Assembly (NCBI GenBank): GCA_030141605.1 | Contig: JAQGDQ010000124.1 | Location: forward strand, 496,001 to 560,000 | Reading direction: 5' to 3' | Source of the DNA: Tubiluchus corallicola | Taxonomy: Eukaryota > Animalia > Priapulida | DNA length: 64,000 bases | Shown: positions 1 through 13,767 of the stretch, piece after piece | How the letters are laid out: every line of letters starts with the position of its first letter | Numbering within the stretch: the first letter of the stretch is position 1 | Notes under the pieces: generated by a model | What the model saw: only the letters and a program-made list of their open reading frames with translations | Told to the model about the DNA's origin: nothing | The model's database searches: none | Made by a program: the position numbers and the translations under genes

Positions 1-320
1 CAAATACTTTACTGTCTGTCTCCAGATCAGCTGTTTACCGCAAAAACAGATTACACCCTCTCCAGAAAAGCTTTTGCTAGAATAAAGAAGCCATGTTTTG
101 TTAGGAATAAATGAGATACTCCATTCTGTACCATCCATATTTTTCACAGATTTTAAATTAAGCATTTCAGGTAAGTGTCTACATGACCCTGACAACAAGG
201 CGATGTCGTCAGCATACATGACAGTGCCTATAAAAGTATCTGCCACATAACAACCACAACCAGCTGAACGCAATTGACGTATAAGGTCGTCCGCATATAC
301 AAATTAACAGGACATGGCAT
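1..320 (-). mobile_element. Decayed non-LTR retrotransposon reverse transcriptase fragment
   Basis: Minus strand translates as VYADDLIRQLRSAGCGCYVADTFIGTVMYADDIALLSGSCRHLPEMLN, containing the RT catalytic YADD motif (201-219); frameshifted downstream. Confidence 0.8.
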
Positions 321-1392
321 TGATGGGGAACATAAAGCTAACTTATTTTTTTCGGATGGAATTGAAATTTGTAAGAAAGATAACAGCAAGAAAGATAACT
401 GTCACTGAAAATTGTGGGGAAATTCAGGACTGCGTAATAGCCCCGCTGTTACTTTTTTTTATACGAAAGCAATGTCAGCAATACTGGATATTTAAACGGA
501 TATGAAGTATGCGTTAAAGTACATTTAATGTGGTGTAGATCATAATAATGTTAGTATCCAAAATGCAATTAGCTGTATACTCAACTAAATGGTCTTACAA
601 ATGACATTTAAGAATTTCTTAAACACTTGTGCAATCAAAACTTATAGCTGTCAAATGGAAAATGTTATTCTATTTGTCCTGAATGGAATTACCGATTCAT
701 GAATTGATATTAGCTGATATTCGATTCTTTTTGTAAAAATCCTTGTGAAAAGAACAAACAAATTGCACGATTCATTTGATAATGCGAAAATTATTATTGG
801 CAGCATGTTTTAAAACAAAGATTTCTACAAATGCGGTAAAATAGATCACAGCTGTACACTGGGCACTGAACTTCCGACTTTATTAAAAATAACAAATAGT
901 ATATAACTGTTTTTCTTTCTTTTTGCAAACAAATTAATAAAGGAGAGGAAAAAGCAGTATTTACAATAGTTTGTAAGTCTGCAGCACATTGTCTGACATT
1001 AGTCTGTGTACGAAATTAGCTCATTTTACTCCCTTGCACACGTTTTCAAAACCTCTACACTGTGATTTTTTTTCCTCTGGTTCGATACAGCAATTCATTA
1101 GCGTTTACTGCTTTTAACGAACAAGCGTTCTGTGGTCAAGCGGTCCAGACTGCAGACATGGTTAGTAGTTGCAGTCTTGGGTTCGAGACTAGAAACTGCG
1201 AACGTCAGGGCATATATCTTGTACATGTTATTTGTGTTTTATTTATCTAGTATAGTTAATCTTTAAGCCGCCATTAGCGCGAATGTTAGCATGAGCGACG
1301 GTAAATAAACGTCTGATTTTTGTTTTTTTTGGTAGAATTTTCTTTGTCAAGCCTTTGCGTCGGGCTATAATGTTCTAATGTTCTAGCGCAAG

Positions 1393-1465
1393 CACACACA
1401 CACACACGTGTGTGTGTGTGTGTGTGCGTGCGTGTGCGTGTGCGTGTGCGTGCGTGTGCGTGTGC
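1393..1465. repeat. Compound microsatellite (CA)n-(TG)n-(TGCG/TGTGCG)n
   Basis: Directly visible; the CA run abuts the TG run, making a palindrome. Confidence 0.95.
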
Positions 1466-4370
1466 AATTATAATTAAAGAAGGACAACGTTAATTTACCG
1501 TTTAATTGATTTGCAGTCAGACCTTGTTACAACGCTCCCTTTTATAGTGCTAGTTCCTTTAACGCTCAGTTTTTTGGCAAAACAAAATGTCTATATTTCT
1601 TTAGACATGTATGTATTAATGAACTGCGTTGTAGTGCCAAACTTGTTTAACGCCAACTTTCTCAGGAGTCCCAAAGAGGTGTGACTGTAGTCTCTCCCAG
1701 TGGTGTAACAAAAGCTTGAAAAAATGTGAAACGTGCAAAATTAAAATGCAGATTTTACGCGAATGACTTTAAAGCATCCTTTCTGATGTTTTTACTTTTG
1801 TTTAAGTAATTAGTCAGCAGCGACCTGCACCTTTCTGCTCACTCGTTAATTACAGGTAATTTTCGTTGCCATTCTGACGCAGGTTGTGTTTAATTCAGGT
1901 GTTCCGTAACTAACGGCTGGTAAATTACACGTACGCAGGTCAAGTTTCTTCTTAAGTTCAGGTAACAGTAAAAATAAACTTTTTAATTAAACCTTATGCA
2001 GGTAGGTAACATTATACTGGTAGCGAATCTATATAAATCAAGCTTAAATATATGTGCGTATATTTTATTTATAAATAGGTTACAGCGTACGTGTGATATT
2101 TCATGAGACGAAAAGGATCTGTAACTGTCTGATGAATGTTTGCCTTATATTTTTTACTGTTAAACTAAATATAAACTTAACGAACTGATTACCGGGTTTG
2201 CAAACATTAAAAATTGTGTAAGTTTTTCATAATTTTACTATAAATAAATACTATAGATTATTTGCTATAAATAAAGAAGAAATTTTTATTTTAGGCCTAG
2301 TTCTTGTCAAGCAATTGGGTATTTTCCTTTCGGGAGAAAACGTTTTTAAAAATCGAGAAACTGCTCGCGGATGCTTTGCGAAGGCCGCACATTTATGACC
2401 TTTATGCAAACCTAGGGTACTTTTTGTACAGAGTTATTTATCCTGGAAAAAGCTATCCCCAGACTAACTCGCAGCCCTTCATCTTTGCAGAGTTTTGTGA
2501 AAAAAGTCCCATATCGTCGTGTTGCCTCTTACCACGCCGTTCTTAGAGGAGTACCGGGTAGAAAAAACCTACTAGCGGCGCTTGGTGGAAAGAAATTTAG
2601 AGCTTTTTGTAAAGAGAAGAAACCGGGCTACACTATGATTTGGGTGTCTTCTACAAATGCCTCTACGAAGATGAACTGACGAAATCATAAGTCATTTATT
2701 TCACATAGCACATATAGAATAATTTTATGTACAAAATATAGTGAAAGGGTCTACAATGAAATTGATGCAAATTACTTTTACTGTTATTGTACAAGAAAAG
2801 CCTCACACTATGTTTGCCTATATATAAATGTAAATGTGTTGCGGGCAATAAAAGAGCAGAGCTTGTTAAATTGTCCCACACTGTGAAAGTAAAAAAAGGA
2901 ATGAAAATAAGCTGAAAATTTTAAGTGAATCGTGTGATAAAGAGAACATTTAGGGCTTCAGAATGGAATGATATAATGAATAAAACTCGTATGATATAAA
3001 AGGTAGAAAGACTATTATTTGCTAAAACATTTGTTGTAATATTAGGCATGCGCGTACACAAATTAAGATAACTGGATGAGATACTTGGGCTACGAGTCAG
3101 TTTGGAGGAAGATTTCTTCCAGACAATCCTGTAGCTACCATTTGAAGGTCACTGTGGCATTGAGGCCTAACCGCGTGAAAACAAGAGCTTAAGCAATTTA
3201 AGGTTACCTTGCTCAGATGATGTCTGTTTCTTCGCTCTTAATCATGACCACTGTCCGAGTTAATAGCAAGAACGATTAAGTGATAACTTATTAAATATAT
3301 TTAATGCTCTCACGTGGGTATTACTAATTAATAATAGTAATTAATTATAGCCCCAGAGCATCAATAAAACTGCTAAAGGCATTGTGGTGTATGGCATCAA
3401 ATGATTACCCACCTGTGGCCAAGGCATGAAAATATTGATGTGCTCTATATAAAATCATGTGCAGTGCATGTGTAATGTGCTACATAAACATGTAAGTGCA
3501 CATGTATCTTCCATACAAGATGAAAATCATGAAAAAGTCATACGTACATTGGTGGTAGTGCTGTTGATAATTGTGACATTGTCCAAACAGTAAGCCATAG
3601 TTTTCTGGCTTTAGAGATCATGTGCAAATCAGTAACAAAGTTGTTTTAAAAACGTCGTCCATACTGATCACTCATTCAGAGAATTAAGCTAAGCAAGACA
3701 ACCTTAAGTAAGCAGTTAAGAAAACAAAATGCGGCGACCAAAGACCGATTTGACTAACCAATGATTTTACTGTGCGGGAAAGATAGATTAATTTTTATGA
3801 TAAATCCCAAACATTCGTAAAAAATAGCAAACGGACATTAGCGATTATATTGTACTATAGGCGAAATGCCATTTATTTTCAGCTCATCTTTATATTATAA
3901 TGATCCTGTTCATCAATAAATCCGTGCACTAGCACCTTTAAACAAACCGGGCAGGTCTCAACACCTGTTTCATATAAATCAGTACTGTGTAATATATTTA
4001 TTATTAACGTATTAATAACAATAATATTAATGATAGTATAGTAATAAATAATGCTACTTAAATAGTCTAGTCAACTGAAACAAATCTCAAATGCTGCTAA
4101 TATTTCGAAAAATAAATTACTGAAGCAAAGAAATGATGAACATAATAAAAGATACATTATTTACAGTCTGTTGTTTTTCTGCTATTTCTAAAACTTTACT
4201 GTTTTCTACTGACTGGCAAATGACAACACAGGATCTATGTCGTCCAAGTTTGTTTATAAGCTGTAACGGCTTGAAGACAGCGAGTGTATTACAACGTGTA
4301 TTACATCATCAAGGTGGGAGAGGCTAAATGCCGCTTGCGATCTATGTATTGAGGAGATCTATAACGTGTC

Positions 4371-4672
4371 TTAGTATTTCAGCGTTTATGTCGTAACCGG
4401 AATGCGTATGCGTTTAGTATGTCAGCGTTTATGTCGCAACCGGAAAGCATATGCGTTTAGTACGTCAGCGTTTATGTCGCAACCGGAATGCGTATGCGTT
4501 TAGTATGTCAGCGTTTATGTCGCAACCGGAATGCGTATGCGTTTAGTATGTCAGCTTTTATGTCGCAACCGAAATGCGTATGCGTTTAGTATGTCAGCGT
4601 TTATGTCGCAACCGGAATGCGTTTGCGTTGCAGGTGAATAACGCAGAACGCATTCCGGATGCTACAAAAACG
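4371..4672. repeat. 43-bp minisatellite (~6 copies) ending in an inverted copy
   Basis: Unit GTTTAGTATGTCAGCGTTTATGTCGCAACCGGAATGCGTATGC (AGCGTTT at 4381 and 4424); 4640-4672 is an imperfect reverse complement of 4598-4629. Confidence 0.93.
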
Positions 4673-6113
4673 TCACTTTATCGTCTTCCGCAATGTAAAC
4701 TGTGTTGTAGTCTTAACATTAACTGAATTTTGTCATTGAGCTTCTTAAAACATTAGATTCTATCGACACTTTTGTTTCGGGAAGTTTTTGTTTGCTTGGG
4801 ATTCATTTTCCCCTTTACAATTCTGTTGCCAAACGCGCTGTTGTGTTTTCTGCTGAAATCTGATTACAATTCTTGGCTTCAGAAAGGCAATGCGGATGAG
4901 GTAATCTCTGCAATTAACGCGTAATTACTGGAAATGGCTGCGCAGTTATTCAGCCTCTTGTTACACTAAACTTCTCTGATCGTCTTTTGCTCAAGCGGAT
5001 GGATCAAATTAATCAGAAAGACAAACACTTAAACTAAATGAACGTGTTAAATCAGCACAGAGGAAGTAGATTGAATTAGACCGTCTTGTAGTTACGAAGT
5101 TGCATTTCATGCTCCTGCTGTGTTATTACTGTGTTAAGTATATGATTTTGAATTGAAAAAGATATTGTTCCTGCTAAGAAAAATTGATGATACAGTTTGG
5201 AGGCGCCTGCACAGATAAATCACCAAAACGGTAGCTGTACAAGCTACACAGTAGGCCTACGCCCTTAAAATATGCCCAACCATAAAACTGCAGTCATTCA
5301 TTGCAATTGCTTGAATATAATTTTGTTACAAGTGTACATAACAGTAACTGTTATATAGTGTTATCTGTAAGACTAGTGAGGCACTAGTAACTGTGTTTAC
5401 AACCCTTGCTTGTTTTTCTACACATGTCAGAGTTCTTCATCAGTTCAGCATAAGGAAGAGGCAGCGACAGGACTGTCTTGTATTGTTCATGTCTTTTGCT
5501 TTTACACGGAAGATCGTGATGCGATCTGAGAAACTCAGTAAACGAACTTAGAGCACAAGAAAACCATTTACACAAACACAAAGTTAAAAAAATCGCCTTG
5601 AAATGTTGTATCATCTACATACTGCCTTAAAACGATAAAGCAAAATTGATATATAATTAGAGAATACCAAAGCACGCATAACACTCTAGACTTGTAATAT
5701 AAGTGTCTATACTATAAAAATATACGACTCATATGGAAACTTACATGGCAAAAAAGTAGTAAAAAGTATTAGAATTCACCATCTTTCATAAGTCACGTAA
5801 ATTTTATATATATCCTATGTCGTTCTTACTCAGATACATGCCAACATTTTGTAAAAAAATCATTTGATCATTTATCATATCTGTAATACTGTCAATAATA
5901 ATTATCGTATTAATTCACATAATTTTTTTATTTTGTCATCAAGTATACCATCATGTTATCACGTATACAAATTTGTGGATACGTAATGTAGTATTTTAAT
6001 GTTTTTACTCTTATGATTTTTATCTTAGACTAATCGACACAATTGCATACATCAGTCTGTCACTGATTAGTTATACACTGATTTTTATGTGTATATTGTA
6101 TTTATATTTATAA

Positions 6114-6283
6114 AAACTTGTTTTAAATGATTTACCATCAAAATAGCTGCGTTTAGCGCCTAGTGGTAAACAAGCTCTGTGTCCAGCAGCAACGCTGCAT
6201 AGAACTTGCAAACTTAAACTTCTGCGATTACCACTAGGCGCTAGACGCAACTATTTTGACGGTAAATCGTTTGGAACAAGTTT
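6114..6283. mobile_element. Small foldback MITE with ~56-bp terminal inverted repeats
   Basis: Left arm AAACTTGTTTTAAATGATTTACCATCAAAATAGCTGCGTTTAGCGCCTAGTGGTAA; reverse complement of right arm AAACTTGTTCCAAACGATTTACCGTCAAAATAGTTGCGTCTAGCGCCTAGTGGTAA. TA-rich flanks. Confidence 0.8.
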
Positions 6284-7534
6284 AGATAACATTGCGTAAA
6301 GTTTGTAAAAATACTCAGAGTATTCATACCGTACATTTCACTAATTTTCAATCTTTTTCTTCAGTTTGTTTCAGCTTAAAGCAATATACAAATATATACT
6401 AACTAAGTAAACGTATAAATTATTGTATCTTGTCAGTAAAATTAATAAAATGTTTTTTTGAGCCAGTTATGTACACTGGGAAGGTGAGTCTGTTAGCAGT
6501 AACATTCTAAATTACTAAGAATTTTCTTTTCTTGATTATGCAAGTGTTTGAAACAGGTAAGCTTAATGCTGAGTAATATAACTGTGTGGAAAGTTTTTGG
6601 GAGATACTTTAAAATTGCCTTTTCTACCCCTTTAACTGGATAAGAGTGACAATCAGCGCGAGGACCGTCAACCCTCTGATGGTCAGTCCTATCTCATGAC
6701 GACGACACTATGCTGATGGCAAGATCGCCGGTTGCAATTCAGTGTTGTAGGATTATTGATTTTTCTGGACAGTCTAGCATGTTTCAGTTTTGTATTTAAA
6801 CTTTTTCTTTGTGGGAAATATGTCACTAAGTTATTACTTTATTTCTACTAAACATTGTACAAGGTTCGGATTATCGTGAAACGTCATGATCCAGAGTATA
6901 TTCCCACAGCTTTTTAATTTACTTCCTAAGTCTAATGATGCGCCGTAATTGGCTTAAAAACAGTTCGGGCTTTAAAGAAAGGAGGTGGCAAAGAACAGGG
7001 AGAGAAAAGGGAGGCAGAGTAGAAAGAGCTGCGCAGCCTCTAAGATTTTGTATAATGTGAACCGTAACTTGTTTTTATTACATTTTGTTTTGGACTAGCA
7101 AACAAATTATTTTTCTCCACCGAAGTGTTTGGCAAAATAAACGAAAATCATTCCATCTGAAGACTGCAGGTTTAAAATCGTTTCTGTTAGCTTTAGTACG
7201 ACATTATGCTTTACGACCTGGCCAAATTCTGCAATACACCAAAACGCAACAACATCAGAGGTTGTTGGAAAAAGTGACCTGGGCAAGCCCGGCATGGTTA
7301 ACCTTCAGTTTTAGTGACATTCAGTATTCTGTTGAGTTTTTCTATTTGCTCAGCCGACTTTCCCAGTTTCAAGGTCAGCCTTTTTGAGCTAAATTAATCC
7401 TTTGTCTAGCTAACTTTCGGATGACCTTTTATTTTTGACCAAATTAGCTCGAAAGCGAATTTACTTTTATACGCGTGAATTAGAAAATGATCTCGTCTAA
7501 ACAATCTTCCGTTACAAACATTTTATTGCAAAAC

Positions 7535-7936
7535 CAGCGGCGTATTAACAAATAGGCTAACTATGCTATAGCCTGTGGCGCCAAAGTTTGAGGGGCGTCA
7601 CATTTTAGAAAAAATTCATTCTCGGAAAACGTGTTCACTTTCATATCCATGTAAAGGGCGCATTTTATAACACACCACAGGCAGTTACCGAGGACAGCTT
7701 CTATCTAAGTGCCACGTAACGAACAGTTGCAAGGTATTACACAACAAGCAGTTGCGCAGTCTCCTAAAATATAAGCGCTATTGAAAAACCACGTAGAAAC
7801 TAGGTTGATGGTGTTTTTAATACACCACAAATAATTGTTTGATCTGCTCGTTACATAAACAACAATAAATTCACAATAGAGATGAGCGGGACAAAACCAT
7901 CAGCCTAGGGCATCGTAAAGTCTTGATACGCCCCTG
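7535..7936. mobile_element. Probable non-autonomous DNA transposon (MITE)
   Basis: Termini CAGCGGCGTATTAA and TTGATACGCCCCTG are imperfect inverted repeats; no clear TSD. Confidence 0.5.
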
Positions 7937-10900
7937 ATTGCCACATTATATGAAAAAACTGACAATTTTTACCGCTAGAAATTACAATAAGCACAATCTG
8001 TCAATGTTCTCAGGATTCTTGTTTCTGTTCACGTTACCGGTTCCATCGACGTAATTTGTTTGAAAGTTCCAGACATAACGTGATTAGCATCTTGGCAGAA
8101 TGAAATTTTTGGATTGGTCTGACAATTTATGTGATGAATTTCGAAATTCTAATCTTCACTAACGGCTTTAATCTTGACTGAAAGAAGCTTTTGCATAATT
8201 ATTGTTCGCAGTAGCCCACTAATGTGCATCTATTATTGATTATTAGGTTGATTGATCTTGACTAAAATCATATAATCAATGTTAGATTCTTATTATATAT
8301 GTAGCGCATGAAAATCGTCATCATTATTTTTGCTGAAAAGAACTGTCACATTCCCGAGGCGAGGATATTACGTAAGCACAGACGTAAAAACCAGAATTGG
8401 TAGTGAATGTAGGAAGTAAGAGACGGCAGCAAAATGATTATGCTATTTTGCGACTCATCAAAGCCCCTAACAATGATTTATGTTCTACTGAGATTTCTCA
8501 CAACAGTAGTATTGCGGGGAGATTCTGTAATTGGGGATTTGGGACACATTATCAGTGGGAGGATTTAGTAATTGAAAGAGCGCCCATTTAGAACAGGGCC
8601 GTCGTTAAGTTAGTGACGGCTTTGTGAAACCGCGGCCCCCAGATTCTAGCTATTTGCCTAGCTGCGTTCACGCTTATGCGACTAGCATAAAAAAGATCAT
8701 TTCTGATAGAAGCAGCTAACTCAGTAAGCGCCGAGTTTACGTTAGAAATTCCTTCGCCGCTTAATGTGTGTCTGATATTATCGTTTAGCTCTTATTTTAT
8801 ACATTTTTAAACAGATACAAGTTCTTGCTAAGTAATCAGAATGCAAATAGTCAAATGAAAGTGATGAATAAAACTTATTAAATAATTTTTGTTTTTGTCC
8901 CTACAAATTAACTGGTAAACTGTTCATAATAGAAGTTTAATGCATTATCTTCAGATTGTAATTAAGCCATTTGTTTTAATTAATGAAGTGTTGTGATGCC
9001 CATTCTTCTGATATTAGCACTTTGCACTCAGCACTTGCACCGTGGAGACACCTGTATCAGACGTAGTCTGTATTGTAAATCCACTTTAAATAAACAAACT
9101 TCGTACAAACACTAAACTTATTTTGTTATACAAGACGCCACTGATATTGTTTTATCTGTATAAAAAATTCATTTGAGAAAAGGTAATTATGGCTATCAGA
9201 CGAAAATGTAATTGCTAATCAACAACAAGAATAATTGCAAGCAAAGGCATCTTATAAAGTGATCGAACTGACCAGTGCCATAAAGAATGTGCAATAACTC
9301 TAGTCTGAGCCAAAAATTGTGATGGCAGATGCTGCTGCTGTGATGGTGATGATTACGACGACGACGAAACCTGGAATAATAGTTCCTTGTTAATAATTTG
9401 AAATTGCTTCAACTCTTTAATTTCGGTCATTTTTGAATTTTGAAGACTTTACACACTCTTTACTAAATTAGCAGAAAGCTGACGTAAATTAGGATGCTAA
9501 AAAGAACGTTTCGTCGATAGACAAAATCCATTTAATTCTATAGTTGCGGTTAGTTGGTGAATTTCATTTTGTGCCAAGACATTATCTGCGTATAGAAAGT
9601 GTGTGCTCACTGTCAAATTTTGTCAATGAGAAACATTCTTTTTGGGCCAGGCTTGTACCCTGAATGTTTTCAGATTTTCGTAATAATAATGGGTCTAGCA
9701 TCGTAACTAGGTGTAACGTCGTAGCAAAGCGTCATGATACATTTGGCTTATTTTCATCATATGACGTCACTTATGAACTATTTTTGACAAATATCCCTTG
9801 GCCTAAAATTCCAAATATTCACATTGTTATAAATGTATGTGACATTTAGAAGCGGTTTGTACAGAATAACTCAAAATCATCGTTCTCTCAGAAGCTTCAG
9901 AAAATATTATAATTTCTGTCTACCTACTTTCGTAGATAGTACTACTACGTACCTTATGGTCATATCAGTTTCTCAAGCCTAAAGTTTTTAATGTAGCACA
10001 CCAAAAATGCTATTATAATCTTGCGTTTCATCCATTTTTTCAGTAGTACGTCTTCATTTATTTCACAAAATTCTATTCTTTCTTTAGTATAATTATATTG
10101 CTTCTTTGCTTAGAAACAAGATAACCACCCAAGTATTGCTTTCTAACTTTAAAACCATTCGAAAATTTGTGAAGTAGTTTTAGATACAGCGAATTCTGTC
10201 ACTGCATTTCACAGAACATAACACATTGTATAGCCAATACACTGTGGGCAGCATTTGTATAATGATTTGCTGGGGGATATTCAAGAATGGAGGAAAATTA
10301 AGCTTACTAAAAACGATTTATTGGCAAACAAACTGCAATTTTCAAAAACGTGCTATTCGTTCGCTCAGGATTTTTCTTCGCGTAACTCGTGTAGTCCTTA
10401 ATAAGGATGATCTTCTTGAAATTCAACGCTCATGACCGTTTAGCCACCGAGGGATTACGGCTTCTTGCAAGACGTCGAATCTCCAAAGCCAGTTTTATAG
10501 TACCAATAATTCAGTCTACGGCCACTGATTTGTCTCTTTCCTCAGCTTACAATTTAAATTATACTTCCAACTTTGATTTATGTAAGAAGAGCTTATGCCG
10601 CTTATCTAACTCTCGGTTCAAAACACTTAGCAATTTTCAAATTCGTGACGTCACAATGTTCGTATAAATCACTGCCCATCACAATGCAGTAATGAAAATA
10701 TTATAATCTGGCCGAAATCGCGTCATGAATCTTTCCACAGCTACAATGACGGACATTTAGCTTTGCGTTTTCAGGAGAAATAAACGTGGCGTGAAATTAA
10801 ATGCGTTTTGAAATGGCCGGATTCGTATGATTTGTTATTGAGTATCAAGTGAATCTGTTTATAATGAGCTCTGCATGCTGTTCGATATAAGCGTGCGTCT

Positions 10901-13591
10901 CTAACCGCAACAAAAACGTCCTCAAGCTAAAAAAGTTCGCTTGAGAACAAACTACGTGACGTAAACACTGGAAAAATAATGATATCGTTATTACTAATGG
11001 ACGTTATTACGTTATTACTATTAGATCACTGGCATTACAATAATATAAATTTTACGTTACTTATGGTGTCATAGTGCAGCAGTCCAGGTTCTTTTTCTCA
11101 TATTTGTTGTATTTTTACTGCACCGTTTCTCTGTGGGAACACCATGTAATTATTGCCAGATATGGTACAAGTACAACCTTGTAAAATCATAATAAAACTG
11201 ATGCTGCTTACTTAGTTAATTTGGTTTTAAACAACGTAGTAACAACAGTCATAGCTGCGGCAAAATTACTGCAACTTGAACCAGAATGTCACGTTCAAAC
11301 AATGGATAACAACAATGACTTCAACAACAGCTTTAATCATAATGATAATTAATACAATTATTTGCTAAACTTAGTTGCTCTGTAGTCGTGTGATTGTAGT
11401 AAAGCTGTTAAGCACCTTCTATATTTAGTGCACTAATGCTTATTTTTTCTTACTTTTCTATAACTATTCAAGATGGCAGACAGTAAAGGCATTTGAATAT
11501 TATTCTAGTTATAGGCTGATTGTATTGCAAAGTTAGTGTAGGTTGTAGTGAAGCTGTAACAAATGTAACGAGCAGAATCGCAAATATGGCAGCAATAACG
11601 ACAGCAAGGGCAACAACAAAAGCAGCAGCAGCAATAGCTAAGCTAACATAAAAACTAACACATCAACACAATAACAGATTAGCAGCAGTGAGAGACAACA
11701 TCACAGTAACAACGACAACAGCAACGAAAATTAACATCAACAAAAAGAGCAACAGTCATTCGACCTCAACTGTAGTCAATTTCAAACTATTTTGATTATT
11801 GAAAACACGTGTTGTGATCTCTGTTACAACGCATTTGTTTTAAAACCCTACCATCAACACACTAACGCAAAGTCAAGTATCTTTTTAAGTGTAAAAGTTT
11901 GTATGTGTTAATTACACACAAATAAAGCATTTAGTAATTATGTGATTTTTCCTTTTTTAATCTTTCACTTGTTGATAAACCACAGTGGTGAAACGCGTTT
12001 TCTCATTTTTCTTAATTGTGAGATTCGTAATTTTTATTGCTGCACCGATGTTCTCATTAAGTTTCTAGAGCGTTACACAGAACTGTTTACTAAACCAAGC
12101 AGTCACTTATGCTGGAGCCATTTATCCATTAATTAATGGGGAGCTATCATACTGGAACTTCCTGTCTCATTAATTCTGCACGGTCGTTCACACAATTGGC
12201 TTTCTTACAGACGTTATTTTGCATGCGCTCTAATTGCATGAAAATCAGACAGGACCCTGGAACATGGAAAGACATTATTGGCAGCATGAAATGAAGCATA
12301 AACTGATGCCCGTGGAACCATGATTTTATTCCTTAAGATAAACCACCAAGGCTGCAAATTGTTTTTCCCTTACAAATACCGTGTCTATCGACCTGAACCA
12401 AAAATAATTTATCTTAATTGCGCTCGTTAGAGACTGCCTAGCATGCGCTTTTATAGTTACTTATGAGTTATAGTTGTGCATGCAGGGGGTCAAAAATTCA
12501 TTACAACGCAGTAAGTAGAGTATGGAACTTAATAAATGGAACTCAAATGGCTGCATGTAACAATTACACATTATTTAGAGTTCAGGAACTTTGTGCAGCG
12601 CTGGCGTAAAGCGCATGCGTAATCGCGGGTAGCAAGATAGGTAGCAGCAACGAATTTTTCGATCTGGCAGCAGCTTTTCTCGGGTTCAGGCATAGTCAAA
12701 CTGATAAGTCTGGCTGTGTTGCCCACTTTTAGGGAAAAAACGCCCCAGCGTTCCACTTTTCTGGAAATTAGTAATAGTCTATCAGTTAGTCATGCACTTT
12801 GTCAGTTAACTGGCTATAAGGCCGTAAGTCAGTATTAAAATTTGTGAGTTAGTTGGTCAGACAATCAATGATTTATTAGTGGATTAGTCATATCGATTAT
12901 TAGTCAATCAGTTAGTCAGTCAATGAGACGATCGGTGAGCTAGCCAGACAGCTTTTCAGTCATTCAGTCAAAAAATTATATCAGTTAGTCACTAGCCTGT
13001 CTGTCTATCTGTTTGTCCGTCAGTAATTAATATATTCAAAAAGTGAACTACTGCATAAGCATACAACGTTGTTTTACTAATGGCAACAACACGACGTCTT
13101 AAATCAAACTGTGTACTGAGAAAACATCAGAGACAAGAAAAACATCTTCCAGCTATAGTTCCTCTTGGACTGTCGGGGATTACATGAATACGCAGAGGCG
13201 AGGATTTCTAGCTGTTCGTGGCATCCGCTAATGACGTGATCAATAGGTAGAGCAGAGATGAAGAAGATGACAGTGAAAATTTCGTAGAAATAAGAGTAAA
13301 AATGCAACATGAAAATTCGTGGAAATGGTCGGTACAAATACAATATGTTGTTTTGTTTAGTTGTGTAATTAATAAAACACTGTTTTATCAAAAATATTCC
13401 TAGGCCATAGAAAGCATATCTAAATTTTTGTTAACAAGTAATATAATACAACACAGTAGCAACATAGTAAAACACAAAGGTATGATCTGTAGACAAAACA
13501 ATGGGAGCAAAAGCCCCAAGTTCCTCTCAGCAGCGTTCTTTATGTACACAAACTGCTTCTATATTTGGCAGGCCACTGCCCTGGGTGTTTC

Positions 13592-13767
13592 GTTGCCACA
13601 GAGATCTGTTGCCATGTGAACCGTTACTATGGTGTTCTGTTGTTATGGTGAACCGTTGCTATATTGATCCATTACTATATTCGGTTCGTTGTTGGCAGGA
13701 TGCAAGAAACTATCCTGCCATTGTTATAGTGATCAGTTGCTATGGTATTTCATTACTATGGTGATGC
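13592..13767. repeat. Degenerate 16-bp tandem repeat of X-box-like units
   Basis: Units start at 13592, 13608, 13623, 13639, 13655, 13671, 13720, 13736 and 13752; consensus roughly GTTRCTATGGTGAWCY. Confidence 0.75.

Noticed and set aside
3520-3595. Hydrophobic stretch (VIRTLVVVLLIIVTL) as the missing GPCR TM1 exon
   Set aside because: It runs into a stop codon, has no suitable phase-1 donor and does not resemble the TM1 consensus.
11580-13020. CAA/CAG-rich and TCAG/TTAG-rich low-complexity tracts
   Set aside because: They look like decayed simple repeats with no ORF or structure.
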